A DNA stretch of 60,952 bases from Nanobdellota archaeon (GCA_018816705.1 JAHIVG010000103.1:1-60952), one strand, 5' to 3'; counted from the first letter of the stretch, positions 17,049 through 26,905 are shown. The notes: generated by a model not told the origin, from the letters alone. Numbers and translations are program-made.

Positions 17049-18794
17049 TTATTGGTAATACAGCTTTCCCTTCTCCTTCTGCTCCCTGTCCTTCTGCGAG
17101 CCTTCCTTGTTAATCCGGGGGCGCTTGGATTCGGGATCGCGGCGGAGGGTTATGTTGAGGTCTGAGAGGAAGGTGTTCATGCCGTCCTCCATGGAATAAG
17201 GCCCTTTGAGGATACCGTGGACTGCGGGCTGGCCGTCGAAGACTATGAGGCGCTCTGCGACTGCCTCTGCAAACAACAGGTCGTGGTCGACAATGAGGGC
17301 TGACGCCCCGGAGTCCTGCAGCCGGTCATTTATGATCTTCGCGAGCTCGAGGCGCTGCTCAACGTCAAGGTAAGCTGATGGCTCGTCCAATAGATATAGG
17401 TCTGCCTCGCGGGCCAAGCACTCAGCAACCGTAACCCGCTGCAGCTCGCCGCCGGAAAGCTCGTTCAGCCTCTTTGTCATCAGCCCTTTGAGGTCCAACG
17501 GCCTCATGAGCTGCACCTCATGCCTTGCTGCGTCCTTTAGCTTTGCTGCCACCAAGGAATTGTCTGAAGTGAGGTATTGCGGCTTGTACGACACTTTCAG
17601 CTGCTTCATCTCACCCTCGTCTGGCTGGAGCTCGCCAGCGAGTATCCTTACGAACGATGTCTTGCCGATGCCGTTGGCGCCCAGTATGCCTATGACACGG
17701 TGCTGCTCGATGCTGCCCTGCTCCGCCTCAAGGCTGAATGAGCCGAGCTGTTTCTTAAGGACAGGCCATTCTGCAAGTATGGGCCTTGCCTTGTCCTTTA
17801 TCGGCGGCTTATCAGGGAAGGCGATCACGTGGTCCCGGAACCTTATGTTCTCCTCCTTGAGGAAGCCCTGGAGGTAGATGTTTAGGCCTGTCCTGGTGGG
17901 CTTCGGGTGGGAGACAATGCCATAGGCTGCTTCCTTGCCGTACATTATGTGCGCAAGGTCTGCCATGTAGTCCAGGACGATGAGGTCGTGCTCGATCACC
18001 AGCACTGCTGTATCCTTAGATGCGAGCTCTCTCAGGAACTTTGATAGGCGGATGCGCTGCTTGATGTCAAGGTAGCTCGTAGGTTCGTCAAACAAGTAGA
18101 GGTTGGCCTTCTTGAGCACAGTTCCTGCGATGGCCAGGCGCTGGAGCTCGCCTCCGGAGATCTTTGAGATGTCGTTGTCCATGACCGGGTTCAGGTCGAG
18201 CCTCTCTGCGACCTCGTTTAGCTGGCCGGTCTCGTCAACCTTCTGCAACAATTCCTTGACAGTGCCCTTGTACAGCTTGGGCAGCTGATCTATGGCCTGC
18301 GGCTTGTACGAGACCTTGATGTCTCCTGCCTTGAGCTTCTCGAAATAGTTCTGGGCCTCGCTGCCCTTGAAGAACTCGATTATCTGGTCGATCTCTGCCT
18401 CTTTTTCTCCCCCCATGTTGGGCTTTAGTACTCCAGCAAGGATCTTTATGGCAGTCGACTTCCCTATGCCGTTCTTGCCCACGATGCCGACAACCTTCCC
18501 GAACATCGGGGTAGGCAGGCTGTAGAGGTGAAAACCGTTATCGCCGTACTGGTGTATTATCTTTGTGTCAAGTTCTTCAGGAAGGTTTATGATGTGGATG
18601 GCGCCGTAAGGGCAGCGCTTTGGGCAGATGCCGCAGCCGGTGCACAGCTCTGTCTGTATCCTGGCCTTGAAGTCCTCACCCTCGATAATGCATTCCTTTC
18701 CCGTGCGGTTGACAGGGCAGAACCTGATGCACAGGTAGTTGCCGCAGTTATTAGGGTTGCACTTCTCCTTCTCGATGACTGCTAGTCGTGTCAT
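17049..18794 (-). CDS. ABCE1/RLI ribosome-recycling ATPase
   Basis: N-terminal Fe-S Cys clusters, two ABC domains (GKNGIGKST, GANGIGKTS, SGGELQR), TLRRD..RPRINK. Confidence 0.97.
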   Translation of the reverse strand: MTRLAVIEKEKCNPNNCGNYLCIRFCPVNRTGKECIIEGEDFKARIQTELCTGCGICPKRCPYGAIHIINLPEELDTKIIHQYGDNGFHLYSLPTPMFGKVVGIVGKNGIGKSTAIKILAGVLKPNMGGEKEAEIDQIIEFFKGSEAQNYFEKLKAGDIKVSYKPQAIDQLPKLYKGTVKELLQKVDETGQLNEVAERLDLNPVMDNDISKISGGELQRLAIAGTVLKKANLYLFDEPTSYLDIKQRIRLSKFLRELASKDTAVLVIEHDLIVLDYMADLAHIMYGKEAAYGIVSHPKPTRTGLNIYLQGFLKEENIRFRDHVIAFPDKPPIKDKARPILAEWPVLKKQLGSFSLEAEQGSIEQHRVIGILGANGIGKTSFVRILAGELQPDEGEMKQLKVSYKPQYLTSDNSLVAAKLKDAARHEVQLMRPLDLKGLMTKRLNELSGGELQRVTVAECLAREADLYLLDEPSAYLDVEQRLELAKIINDRLQDSGASALIVDHDLLFAEAVAERLIVFDGQPAVHGILKGPYSMEDGMNTFLSDLNITLRRDPESKRPRINKEGSQKDREQKEKGKLYYQ

Positions 18795-18873
18795 GCATCC
18801 CAGAAAACTACAAGAGGTTTATAAACGTTTAGGCAACTGAATATAGTCTGGAATCCGCTTCTGCACCAAGAAG

Positions 18874-18965
18874 GAGCCGCGGTCTTGCCAGAGCAAGACT
18901 CTTTTTTCCTCCGCCCTGCCTTTGCGAGGCGAGGAAAAAAGACCACGGTTTCCGGGGCGCGGCTC
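18874..18965. repeat. Intergenic hairpin related to the MITE core
   Basis: GAGCCGCG..CGCGGCTC stem enclosing CTCTTTTTTCC-CCGCCCTGCC..GCGAGGCGAGGAAAAAAG, similar to the reverse complement of 15807-15845. Confidence 0.6.
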
Positions 18966-18986
18966 AAATGAGATACAGCCTAGAAA

Positions 18987-19502
18987 TCATGAACCGGCTT
19001 CAGAAAGGAAATAGAGAAGCACGTTTGCCACGATGAAGAGGAAGACGATGATGCTATTGGAGGTGAACCTGCTGCCCAGGCCTATGCCGAAGACGAAGGC
19101 CACGCATAGGAGTGAGATGAGCTTGTGCCTGAGGTCGCCCTTCTGGTAATACAGGTATGCCAGGATGAAACCGAGGATGACAGCTATGTACGTCACGATC
19201 GCACTGCCCACCAAGGCCCTTGAAAGGAAGAACCCTACTGCTGTGGATATTACAACCAGGAAGCCGAACCAGTCCTGGGTGAAGGTGAACTTAGGCAGGA
19301 TCTTGAAGATGATGGTGTTCGAGACAGGCCTGCCGAGCTCAATCTGGCCGAAGATCCAGTTTATGATCCAGAACACGATGAAGAACACGATCAGGTATGC
19401 ACCCAAGCCCAGTCCTGTTGTCCTCTCCCACCAAGAAAAAAGCTTGAGAATGAAGAATAGCTGTATCAACAGGAATATGAACTTGCGCCATGGCATTACC
19501 AT
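18987..19502 (-). CDS. Multi-pass membrane hypothetical protein
   Basis: About 6 hydrophobic segments; GAGGT site. Confidence 0.75.
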   Translation of the reverse strand: MVMPWRKFIFLLIQLFFILKLFSWWERTTGLGLGAYLIVFFIVFWIINWIFGQIELGRPVSNTIIFKILPKFTFTQDWFGFLVVISTAVGFFLSRALVGSAIVTYIAVILGFILAYLYYQKGDLRHKLISLLCVAFVFGIGLGSRFTSNSIIVFLFIVANVLLYFLSEAGS

Positions 19503-19535
19503 AACCTCATTTTTAAGGACATGGGTTTAAATAGT

Positions 19536-21389
19536 TTACTGCTCCAGCTCTGCGAGGTCTCTTGTGAAGATCCTTTCCATGTCTTCCATCTTCTTCAGGA
19601 GTGTGTCATAATTCGAATAGTACCTCAGGAAGGCCTGTGCTTCAGCAATCGCATTCTTCTCTGTGAGGACCTGGAAGATGGGGCCGCTGTAGTCCTGCTG
19701 GTAGGTATAGCTGTCCGGGGTCACGAAATCAACGATCATCAATGTCCCTTGGACCTTGCCTTCAGAGCCGAGAGCGCGAGAGCTCATCCTTGAGAGTAAT
19801 CCGGCGAGACGTCCAGCCTGGGCAGGCCTTCTTATCTGGCTGATAAGCTTCCCCCATTTAGACTTGTCATATCTGATCACCTTCTTAGTGAACCAATCCT
19901 CGAATTGGGGGTAATTATTCTCAATCCAAAGGCCTTTAGTCTCGATAGTATATCTGTCTCTCACTATCGGCTTGCCCTCTTTTGCAGGGAGGAAGAGTTC
20001 TTGATTCAAATCTGATGTGTCGGGGAGGATCATATGAACATCGGTTATCTGTATCGCCGCTCCAGGAGAACGGCCCTTAGATGAGAATTTAGGATCAAAG
20101 AGGTGGAATTCATCGAATGTCGTGACTTGACCTGTTGATTGCCCGACAGCAAATTTGTACCCCTGTTTCATGAGAGTCGCTGATTGTACAAGGACTCCTT
20201 CATCACCATATTGAGGTTCAACACCTATAGAGAAGGCCAAAGAGTATCCCTCAAGGTTAAATTGATTTTTATCAGCCCTTCTTGAAGCTGTAGCAAAATC
20301 GATCTTATGGTCCTGGAGATATGATATTGAAGCAACCACACCGTTGACAACCATCTGCATGAGCGGGTCAACACGCTTGCTGCCAGTATATTCATGTTCA
20401 GATGATGTCAGATGCGTGACCCATCTGCCCCCTACTTGGTCAAGAAGGTTTGATCCCTTACCCATCTCCTCAAGCTGTCTTTCCCGACATGGGTAATCCT
20501 CAAATTTCCTATGACAAACGTGTTCCTTTGAACCTTCGAACCTTTCAGCGAACCTGTCCCTGAGATCATATATCTTTTTGAACCTCTGGCTCAGCTCTTC
20601 CAGCATGGCCTTGGGCATGCAGTTCACCACCAGCTCTTGGTCGAATGTGAGGACCTTTATCTTCGGATGGTATGTGTCCAGGACGTGCCTGTATGATTTT
20701 AACAATTCCTCGAGGCGGTTGTATAGGGACTTATAATATTGTGATAATAGACGTTTCTCTTCCTCCAGATAGCTCTTCGCTTCCCGCCTGCATTTGTCCA
20801 GACCTCTTAAGCATCTTTGGATTGATTCTTCAGTTCTTTTGTCCTCTTCATGGCGTTCCAGGCCGAACTCGACGATGAGGATCCTGTTCCGCTCTTTCTT
20901 GAATTTTGTCTGTATCTGGATGGCAGAGGCCTTGAGTCCTGAGACATTACTCTCGAAGAGTTCGATGAGTCCTGTTTCATTGCTCTCAAACTCCTTGACG
21001 CTCTCTAATGTGCTATGCAGTTCTGGCGGCACAGGCATCCGCCTTGAGATGAACTCGATGAGGGGCACCTTCTTTAAAGTGATCTGTTCCCTTTCCTTCT
21101 TTGCTGCCTCAGTCTCAGAGTCTGCCAGGCGAATTATCCGCTCGTTGGTAACAAAGGCCTTATCCAGCTTTAGTTTATATTCATCGAAATCCATCTTCTT
21201 CCATCTGTCATTCGCCCACCAGAACGCGTCCTGCCTCTCGGCTATCCGCTTCTCCAGCTTGGAGAATTCCAACGCGAGGCCAGAAGGATATTCTGGAGGC
21301 TTATAACCCAGATTGAAACGGTGTCTCGCGACCCCTTCACGCTTCCCCAGCGGCCTTAAAATAGCTCTGAGGACCTTGCGGTGTACCAT
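19536..21389 (-). CDS. Hypothetical protein: N-terminal coiled coil plus a possible ADP-ribosyltransferase-like domain
   Basis: 617-aa ORF with own TATA (about 21412); E/K/R-rich first half; THLTS..MVVNGVVAS motif. Confidence 0.7.
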   Translation of the reverse strand: MVHRKVLRAILRPLGKREGVARHRFNLGYKPPEYPSGLALEFSKLEKRIAERQDAFWWANDRWKKMDFDEYKLKLDKAFVTNERIIRLADSETEAAKKEREQITLKKVPLIEFISRRMPVPPELHSTLESVKEFESNETGLIELFESNVSGLKASAIQIQTKFKKERNRILIVEFGLERHEEDKRTEESIQRCLRGLDKCRREAKSYLEEEKRLLSQYYKSLYNRLEELLKSYRHVLDTYHPKIKVLTFDQELVVNCMPKAMLEELSQRFKKIYDLRDRFAERFEGSKEHVCHRKFEDYPCRERQLEEMGKGSNLLDQVGGRWVTHLTSSEHEYTGSKRVDPLMQMVVNGVVASISYLQDHKIDFATASRRADKNQFNLEGYSLAFSIGVEPQYGDEGVLVQSATLMKQGYKFAVGQSTGQVTTFDEFHLFDPKFSSKGRSPGAAIQITDVHMILPDTSDLNQELFLPAKEGKPIVRDRYTIETKGLWIENNYPQFEDWFTKKVIRYDKSKWGKLISQIRRPAQAGRLAGLLSRMSSRALGSEGKVQGTLMIVDFVTPDSYTYQQDYSGPIFQVLTEKNAIAEAQAFLRYYSNYDTLLKKMEDMERIFTRDLAELEQ

Positions 21390-21536
21390 GGAAAAAACCT
21401 GGCAGAACTGACTTATAAATCTTTAGATGTCCTCGAAACCCCATAAATAAATTCACTAGAGAGTTAATATCATAGAATAATTGTTGAGGATGACGGCATC
21501 ATAACTTATTTAAACCTTGCAACAACTCTTTGACGC

Positions 21537-22181
21537 ATGCCGATATCTGAGAATATTGATAGGATAAGGGAACGCATCGGTTCTTCTGCGGAAATGACTG
21601 GCCGCAACCCGTCTTCTGTCAGGCTTATGGCTGTCACGAAGCTTTCGACAGTTGAGCAGATGATGGAAGCGATTTCTTGTGGGATTGATTTGATCGGAGA
21701 GAACCGCGTGCAGAATGCTGCGGAGAAGTTCCCTTCTCTCCCAGCTGTCGAGAAGCACATGATAGGCCACCTGCAGACCAACAAGGTGGGGAAGGCAGTT
21801 GAACTGTTCGACTGCATACAGAGCCTTGATTCGTTGAAGCTGGCCAAAGAGATAGATAAGAGGGCGAAAGATATAGGAAAGGTCATGCCTGTCTTCATCG
21901 AGGTGAATCCTGATGAGGAATCGAAGCATGGAGTGAGGCTAGATGAGGTCGCCGGTTTTTATGGCAAGGTCGTGAAGCTTACGAACGTAAAGGTCATAGG
22001 ACTCATGGCTCTCGCCCCTTATGTGCCAGCTGAGGAGACCAGGCCGTTCTTCAAGAGAATCTCATCGCTCAACAAGAAGCTTGGGCTGAAAGAGCTGTCC
22101 ATCGGCATGACAAATGACTTCGAGGTCGCTATCGAAGAAGGCTCAACGCTTCTTAGGCTTGGAAGAGCCATCTTTGGCTGA
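21537..22181 (+). CDS. YggS family PLP-binding protein
   Basis: LMAVTK, GENRVQ, HMIGHLQTNK, LSIGMTNDFEVAIEEGSTLLRLGRAIFG. Confidence 0.95.
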   Translation: MPISENIDRIRERIGSSAEMTGRNPSSVRLMAVTKLSTVEQMMEAISCGIDLIGENRVQNAAEKFPSLPAVEKHMIGHLQTNKVGKAVELFDCIQSLDSLKLAKEIDKRAKDIGKVMPVFIEVNPDEESKHGVRLDEVAGFYGKVVKLTNVKVIGLMALAPYVPAEETRPFFKRISSLNKKLGLKELSIGMTNDFEVAIEEGSTLLRLGRAIFG

Positions 22182-23453
22182 GCCTCTCCTTCTCGCGTAG
22201 GATACAGGGTTCTTTATCCTCTCACAGAGGTTGTCAGGGTGGCATAACCTCAGGTCCTGGTAGAACGAGCGGCAGTTCGGAGGGAGGATCTTCTGCTTCC
22301 TGGACTTGTGATAACGCAGATGGCCCTTTATCATGACAGGGCGGAGATGCTGCGGGTTCTTCTTGTTCCACTCATCAATCCTCTTCTCCATCAGGTCGTA
22401 ATCCCAGCCGCAGCACGTCATGAAGTTGGTCAGGGCGAAGAGGAAGCGCTTCTTTCCGTCCTGCATGCCCTTGAAGCCGTGCTTGATGCACGGGGGAAAA
22501 CATAGTTCAGGTATGGCCTGCTCGGGGAGCTCGTACTCCTTGTGCTCGGCCTTGTCTTCGGGCAGCTCAGGCGCGTGGTCAAATGCTGCAATAAGCAGGT
22601 CCCTTGCCTCACCTGAAGAGGCCTTGCGCCCGAGGAAGGCTGTGCCGCCAAATTCCTTAGGTCCCTCGGCCATGTCCTTGGTGAATGAATCTATCTTCTT
22701 CGGGTCGATGGGGATGCTCAGCAACCCTGATTTCTCGTTGAAGGAATATGACATGCGATAGAGATGCCTGCTCGATATGAGTATGGTGTCTATGTTGAGG
22801 AAGGGTTCCACGTCTAGGTATGGGATGTCTGTGCCCATGGAATCCTGCTTGAAGGCCTGGACCTCCTTGGATGTCTTGCCCGTCTTCTTCAGTATGTTGG
22901 TGAGGCTGTCAGCTTCGAGGATGAGCTCGCCGAGCTTGGGCTTGATCATGACCTGTAGGTACATCGCTGTCCTCCTCGCGGCCTCTGGGAATAAGAGATA
23001 CGTATCATCTTTGCCGATCCTCTTGGGAAACGCCTCGTAAGGGATGCCGATGTGAAAACCCTTATTGCCGGAGAACTTGCATGATATCGACGATATCCCA
23101 TGATGCTTCAAGGCCCCTATGACCAGCTTTGCGGCAATCTTCGAATAATCCAGGATTGCACAGTCGATGTCCAGCACGAGGTCCCAGCCGATCCTCAACT
23201 GGTCCATGTCATGCTTGGACATCTCCGTGGACAGTTGGAGTGGGTTGGACCAGCGCTCCTCAGAGGCGTGGAAGGAGGTTGCGCCCTTCTTGGCCAATTC
23301 CAGTACGTCAGCAGGGTTGCGGAGCACGTCAGGTCGCTTGCCGAAGTAATTCGAGAACTTCACAGCGATCTCCTTGTCCCTGGCCTCCTCCACCAGGGCC
23401 TCCTGGATGGGCTTCTGCTTATAATGGCGGAGCAGGATGGACTTGTGTATCAT
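22143..23453 (-). CDS. Fused DNA primase small + large subunit (PriS-PriL)
   Basis: GWDLVLDID and KFSGNKGFHI (PriS) joined to FPPCI..DGKKR..PPNC..C..C (PriL Fe-S domain); start set at MIHKS (23453). Confidence 0.9.
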   Translation of the reverse strand: MIHKSILLRHYKQKPIQEALVEEARDKEIAVKFSNYFGKRPDVLRNPADVLELAKKGATSFHASEERWSNPLQLSTEMSKHDMDQLRIGWDLVLDIDCAILDYSKIAAKLVIGALKHHGISSISCKFSGNKGFHIGIPYEAFPKRIGKDDTYLLFPEAARRTAMYLQVMIKPKLGELILEADSLTNILKKTGKTSKEVQAFKQDSMGTDIPYLDVEPFLNIDTILISSRHLYRMSYSFNEKSGLLSIPIDPKKIDSFTKDMAEGPKEFGGTAFLGRKASSGEARDLLIAAFDHAPELPEDKAEHKEYELPEQAIPELCFPPCIKHGFKGMQDGKKRFLFALTNFMTCCGWDYDLMEKRIDEWNKKNPQHLRPVMIKGHLRYHKSRKQKILPPNCRSFYQDLRLCHPDNLCERIKNPVSYARRRGSAKDGSSKPKKR

Positions 23454-23511
23454 GGAAAAGGATATAAGAGGGTTGTTTTTATTAGTTTTGATAAAGTGAT
23501 GTCGTTGCCTC

Positions 23512-23877
23512 GTGAAAATGGACACCCTCACCGATTGGGTAGAATCCCTGAAAGAATCTAAGAAAGCGATCGTAGTCGAAGGCAAGAAGGATGTGAGGGC
23601 CTTGGCTGCGTTCGGGATAGAGGCCTTTCCGATCGAGGGGCGCTCGGTCCTGGAGGCAGCCGAAGCGATCGCTGCCAAATCCGAGGACTGCGTCATCCTC
23701 ACAGACCTTGACAAGGAGGGAAGGAGGCTCTACAGCATGCTCAAGCATTATCTATCGCAGATGGGTGTGAGGATAGACAACAAGTTCAGGGAATGGCTGT
23801 TCAGGGAGACCAAGCTGCGGCAGATCGAGGGATTAGTAAGCTATTTGGAGTCTCTAACTGACAGGCTGCCTGAGTGA
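23512..23877 (+). CDS. Toprim domain protein
   Basis: IVVEGKKD, ILTDLDKEG, IEGL. Confidence 0.9.
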   Translation: MKMDTLTDWVESLKESKKAIVVEGKKDVRALAAFGIEAFPIEGRSVLEAAEAIAAKSEDCVILTDLDKEGRRLYSMLKHYLSQMGVRIDNKFREWLFRETKLRQIEGLVSYLESLTDRLPE

Positions 23878-24264
23878 TTCTTCCAACTTGCTGAGTACGG
23901 AATAATAATCAAGGTTATCCAAAGGGAGTCCTGTCTGGGTATCATCTATCTTCCAGTTCTGGAGATCCCGAAAGGTCCCCTCAAGCAGAAAATAGTAATC
24001 AGAGATCTCTGGTGAACTGCCGTTGGGATGCGCCTCGGCATCTTCTTTGTCTTTCACCGCTTTTTCCCGGTCAAAATAGGCTCCCTTGATGTACCTGGTA
24101 CCGTCGAACTGGTCGACGCCCCGCACTATGAATACATCAGCCCGAGGGAATCTTTTGTTCAATATTGTACAAAGAGTATTGTCCTCCTTTTCACTGAGCT
24201 CTATCAGGTCTTCCCTATTCAATTCATCTGTAATATATTGTTGTTGCTCTTGCGAAAGCTGCAT
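23854..24264 (-). CDS. Hypothetical protein
   Basis: Acidic ORF; likely start MQLSQ at 24264. Confidence 0.6.
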   Translation of the reverse strand: MQLSQEQQQYITDELNREDLIELSEKEDNTLCTILNKRFPRADVFIVRGVDQFDGTRYIKGAYFDREKAVKDKEDAEAHPNGSSPEISDYYFLLEGTFRDLQNWKIDDTQTGLPLDNLDYYSVLSKLEESLRQPVS

Positions 24265-24324
24265 GCGAGGGGGGAAGGAGAAGTGATTAATATGTTTTAT
24301 TGTGTTGCAAACATATGTACCCAA

Positions 24325-24678
24325 TCAGTCTTGATCCTTTATGAACTTGCGAAGAATCGCCGTTATCTCATCCTGCATGTCCTCGTCTGAGTGGACTGAT
24401 AGAAAGACCTTATCCTTTCCAAAGATGACCTCGATGTAGTAACCTTCCTTCTCAAACTTAAACCTCCTGTCGATGTAATCCTTGACATCATCCACCTCAT
24501 TGAATATAGGATTGCCATCTTTGTCTTCCGGCCTGCCAAAGGATTCGCTTTCAGAGCCCTCAAAGCGCAATTCTTCCAGCAAATTCCTGATAACCAGGAG
24601 AATTACCTGTTCCTTTCGGAAGGTATAATGGTTATGTCTTTCTGATTTGCCTACTGCCAATAATCTTATCCGGGCCAT
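24325..24678 (-). CDS. Hypothetical protein
   Basis: 117-aa ORF with TATA about 25 nt upstream. Confidence 0.65.
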   Translation of the reverse strand: MARIRLLAVGKSERHNHYTFRKEQVILLVIRNLLEELRFEGSESESFGRPEDKDGNPIFNEVDDVKDYIDRRFKFEKEGYYIEVIFGKDKVFLSVHSDEDMQDEITAILRKFIKDQD

Positions 24679-24722
24679 GAAGTCCAGGAAGAATACATGA
24701 TTATAAAAATCTTATTGAAACG

Positions 24723-24842
24723 GGCTCTGATGAAAATCAGTTCATTTTTTTCCGTTTATCATACTTTCAGTGATTATTATCAGTACATATCATCATTGAA
24801 CGGAAAAAAATGAATCTTCCATTATAAATTTTCATTAGAGCC
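24723..24842. mobile_element. MITE with GGCTCTGATGAAAAT/ATTTTCATTAGAGCC terminal inverted repeats
   Basis: Internal arms TTCATTTTTTTCCGTT/AACGGAAAAAAATGAA; flanks ATTGAAACG and CTTGAAGCG (7/9 identical). Confidence 0.75.
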
Positions 24843-24868
24843 CTTGAAGCGATATCCAGAAAGAATCT

Positions 24869-25189
24869 CTAGTCTCCAATCTCAATCAGGATGTGGCGCT
24901 TGTCAGGGACAGTTACGAAGATGTTGTCGCCGCCCTTGAGGCTGAGGCACCTCGCCACATCGCGGTTAAAGTACATGCCCAAACGGTCTTGCGAGAGCTT
25001 GATGATCCTCTGCTTGATCTTGAGCGGCGATTCTTTTACCTTCACTTCGCTTATGGCCCTCTTCATCGATTTGTCCTCAAAGTCGAAGTAACCGCACTTC
25101 ATGCACTGGTGAGAGGTCACGAGGCTGTCAGCATCCTGTATCTTCACCCTGACTTCCTTCAGGTTCGACTTGCATTCTGGGCATCTCAT
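24869..25189 (-). CDS. Zn-ribbon (MqsA/YgiT-like) plus AbrB-like domain protein, probable antitoxin
   Basis: CPEC..CMKCG; RLGMYFNRDVARCLSLKGGDNIFV. Confidence 0.7.
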   Translation of the reverse strand: MRCPECKSNLKEVRVKIQDADSLVTSHQCMKCGYFDFEDKSMKRAISEVKVKESPLKIKQRIIKLSQDRLGMYFNRDVARCLSLKGGDNIFVTVPDKRHILIEIGD

Positions 25190-25401
25190 TTTTTCTTCAC
25201 GTTTATGATATATAATATCTTTCCATTGACCTCGCCTAAGATATATAAACGGTCATTCTGAATCTCGAATTTATCACCCTTCTTTCTCCCTTTCTTTATT
25301 GAGTATATAAGCTGCAGGAGCTCATTCCATGCTAAAGTGCCTTTATGATACTCGTCAAAATGGACGCTTTTCCTCACTTCCTTGAACCACACATCAATCA
25401 C
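25186..25401 (-). CDS. Small basic protein, probable toxin partner
   Basis: ATGA overlap with the Zn-ribbon gene; RelE/BrnT-like size and C-terminal beta strands (LYILG, ILYIINVK). Confidence 0.5.
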   Translation of the reverse strand: MIDVWFKEVRKSVHFDEYHKGTLAWNELLQLIYSIKKGRKKGDKFEIQNDRLYILGEVNGKILYIINVKKK

Positions 25402-25472
25402 GTCATTTTGACTTGATTATTAAAATCAAGTCTACTATATAAACCTTTCTAAAAAAATAAAGAAAATCAGGC

Positions 25473-25637
25473 CTAGAGGGCAGGGTTGTCGAGTATGGCC
25501 TGATAATACTCCACAGGCTTGACCTGGGAGATAATGGTCTTGTGCACAACGAAGCGGCTGTCCGGGGTCTTGAAGACCTTGGACTCTATCATTGGCATCT
25601 TCTTCAGCTGCGCAACCTTCTTTTCAGAAAGCTTCAT
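25473..25637 (-). CDS. Small protein (54 aa) missing from the ORF track
   Basis: MKLSEKKVAQLKKMPMIESKVFKTPDSRFVVHKTIISQVKPVEYYQAILDNPAL; GAGGTGAT site; host codon usage. Confidence 0.8.
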   Translation of the reverse strand: MKLSEKKVAQLKKMPMIESKVFKTPDSRFVVHKTIISQVKPVEYYQAILDNPAL

Positions 25638-25724
25638 AATATCACCTCTCCATCGATGAGGTATTAATCTAACTTAAAGCTTGTCCAGGAAAATCCGGAA
25701 GAATTCCGACGGTGACCGGAAGGT

Positions 25725-26783
25725 TTACGGCTCCAGGGTCAGAGTTTTCGACTTCTTGTCATGGGACTTTATAAAGCGGGATAGTCTCTTATTAGGTGTC
25801 TTGTTGTTTTTCATTGTATCCAAGGCCTCTTTCATGAGAGCATAATTCTCGAACACAGCCTGGCCTTTCTGCGTGTTCTCCTCGATGGACTGCTCCAAGG
25901 CCTTGAACTGCTTGAGCTGCTCCTCCTTGATGCGCTCCAATTTTTCCCTTTCCATGTCTTGAGCGGTCTTCTTCGGTGCCTCATGCATCTTAGAGAGAAT
26001 CTCTACTGCTGCGGAGAGGGAGGGCAAAGGATTTGTCTCTTTCCCTTCGTGCAGCTTCATCTTGAAGGGTGCGATCTCGCCTTCTTGCGTCTCATATGGG
26101 GCTGGTCTCTCGGCGAGAAGATTCCCCAGTTCCTGGAAGAGGGTTTGTTTCTCTTCTGCTGTGAGGGATTTGGCATTCTTGTCTACGCCTGCGCGCAGGC
26201 AGAGCTCCTCTGCGAAAATCCCCCCGAGGAAGAACCTTGTGGCCAAGAACTTGACGATACTGTCCCCTGCCCTGCTGATGGTCTCTGAGAAAGTCTTGCT
26301 GTCCATGCTGCGAAGGTCGACTGATTCCGGAAACTTGTATTCTGCTCCCCTGGTGATCTCCCTGTCTTTCCACATGCGCTTCTCAAGGACCATCTCGATC
26401 TTCTTGTCCTTCAGGATTATGAGGTTGCCGGTGCCGAAGAGCTCAAGGATCATCGTGAGCTTTTCTTTGGCCTCTAGCTCTAATATCAGTATGCGCTCAA
26501 AGCCGTGCTGAGCAATGCTGCGGATCCAGCATCCTGCAAGCAGCTTCCTCAGCCTCTGGCAGAACATCGGCGGCTCTGCCTGTGGTGGCTTTGTATCTGT
26601 GAAGAAGATGTAAGTGGGGAAGACTATCTTGAGCAGCCGCTTGCCCTCGTTCGGCACATGGAAGTGGAACAGGAACTCCTTCTTGCCCTGCTGGAAGAGC
26701 TTCTGCAGCCTCGCTCCTTTGAGGAGCTGCAGCTCCTTGGCCATTATCCCCAATTCCAAGGCAGATAGTTCGCGCTTCTTCAT
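25725..26783 (-). CDS. NFACT-N / RqcH (FbpA-like) N-terminal-half protein
   Basis: GARLQKLFQ, PPMFCQRLRK, QHGFERI, ILELFGTGNLII, LGGIFAEELC. Confidence 0.88.
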   Translation of the reverse strand: MKKRELSALELGIMAKELQLLKGARLQKLFQQGKKEFLFHFHVPNEGKRLLKIVFPTYIFFTDTKPPQAEPPMFCQRLRKLLAGCWIRSIAQHGFERILILELEAKEKLTMILELFGTGNLIILKDKKIEMVLEKRMWKDREITRGAEYKFPESVDLRSMDSKTFSETISRAGDSIVKFLATRFFLGGIFAEELCLRAGVDKNAKSLTAEEKQTLFQELGNLLAERPAPYETQEGEIAPFKMKLHEGKETNPLPSLSAAVEILSKMHEAPKKTAQDMEREKLERIKEEQLKQFKALEQSIEENTQKGQAVFENYALMKEALDTMKNNKTPNKRLSRFIKSHDKKSKTLTLEP

Positions 26784-26905
26784 GCCAAGATTGCCGTCCA
26801 AGGGTTTATTTAAAGGTTGTGGGATAAGAATTCAGAAATCGATGTCATCACTAAAGAATAATAATTTGAGTAAGATTTATAAATTGAACAAGTCTCCCCC
26901 TGAGG

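Noticed and set aside
23454-23714. Extended primase N-terminus
   Set aside because: It is antisense to the Toprim gene and crosses the divergent promoter.
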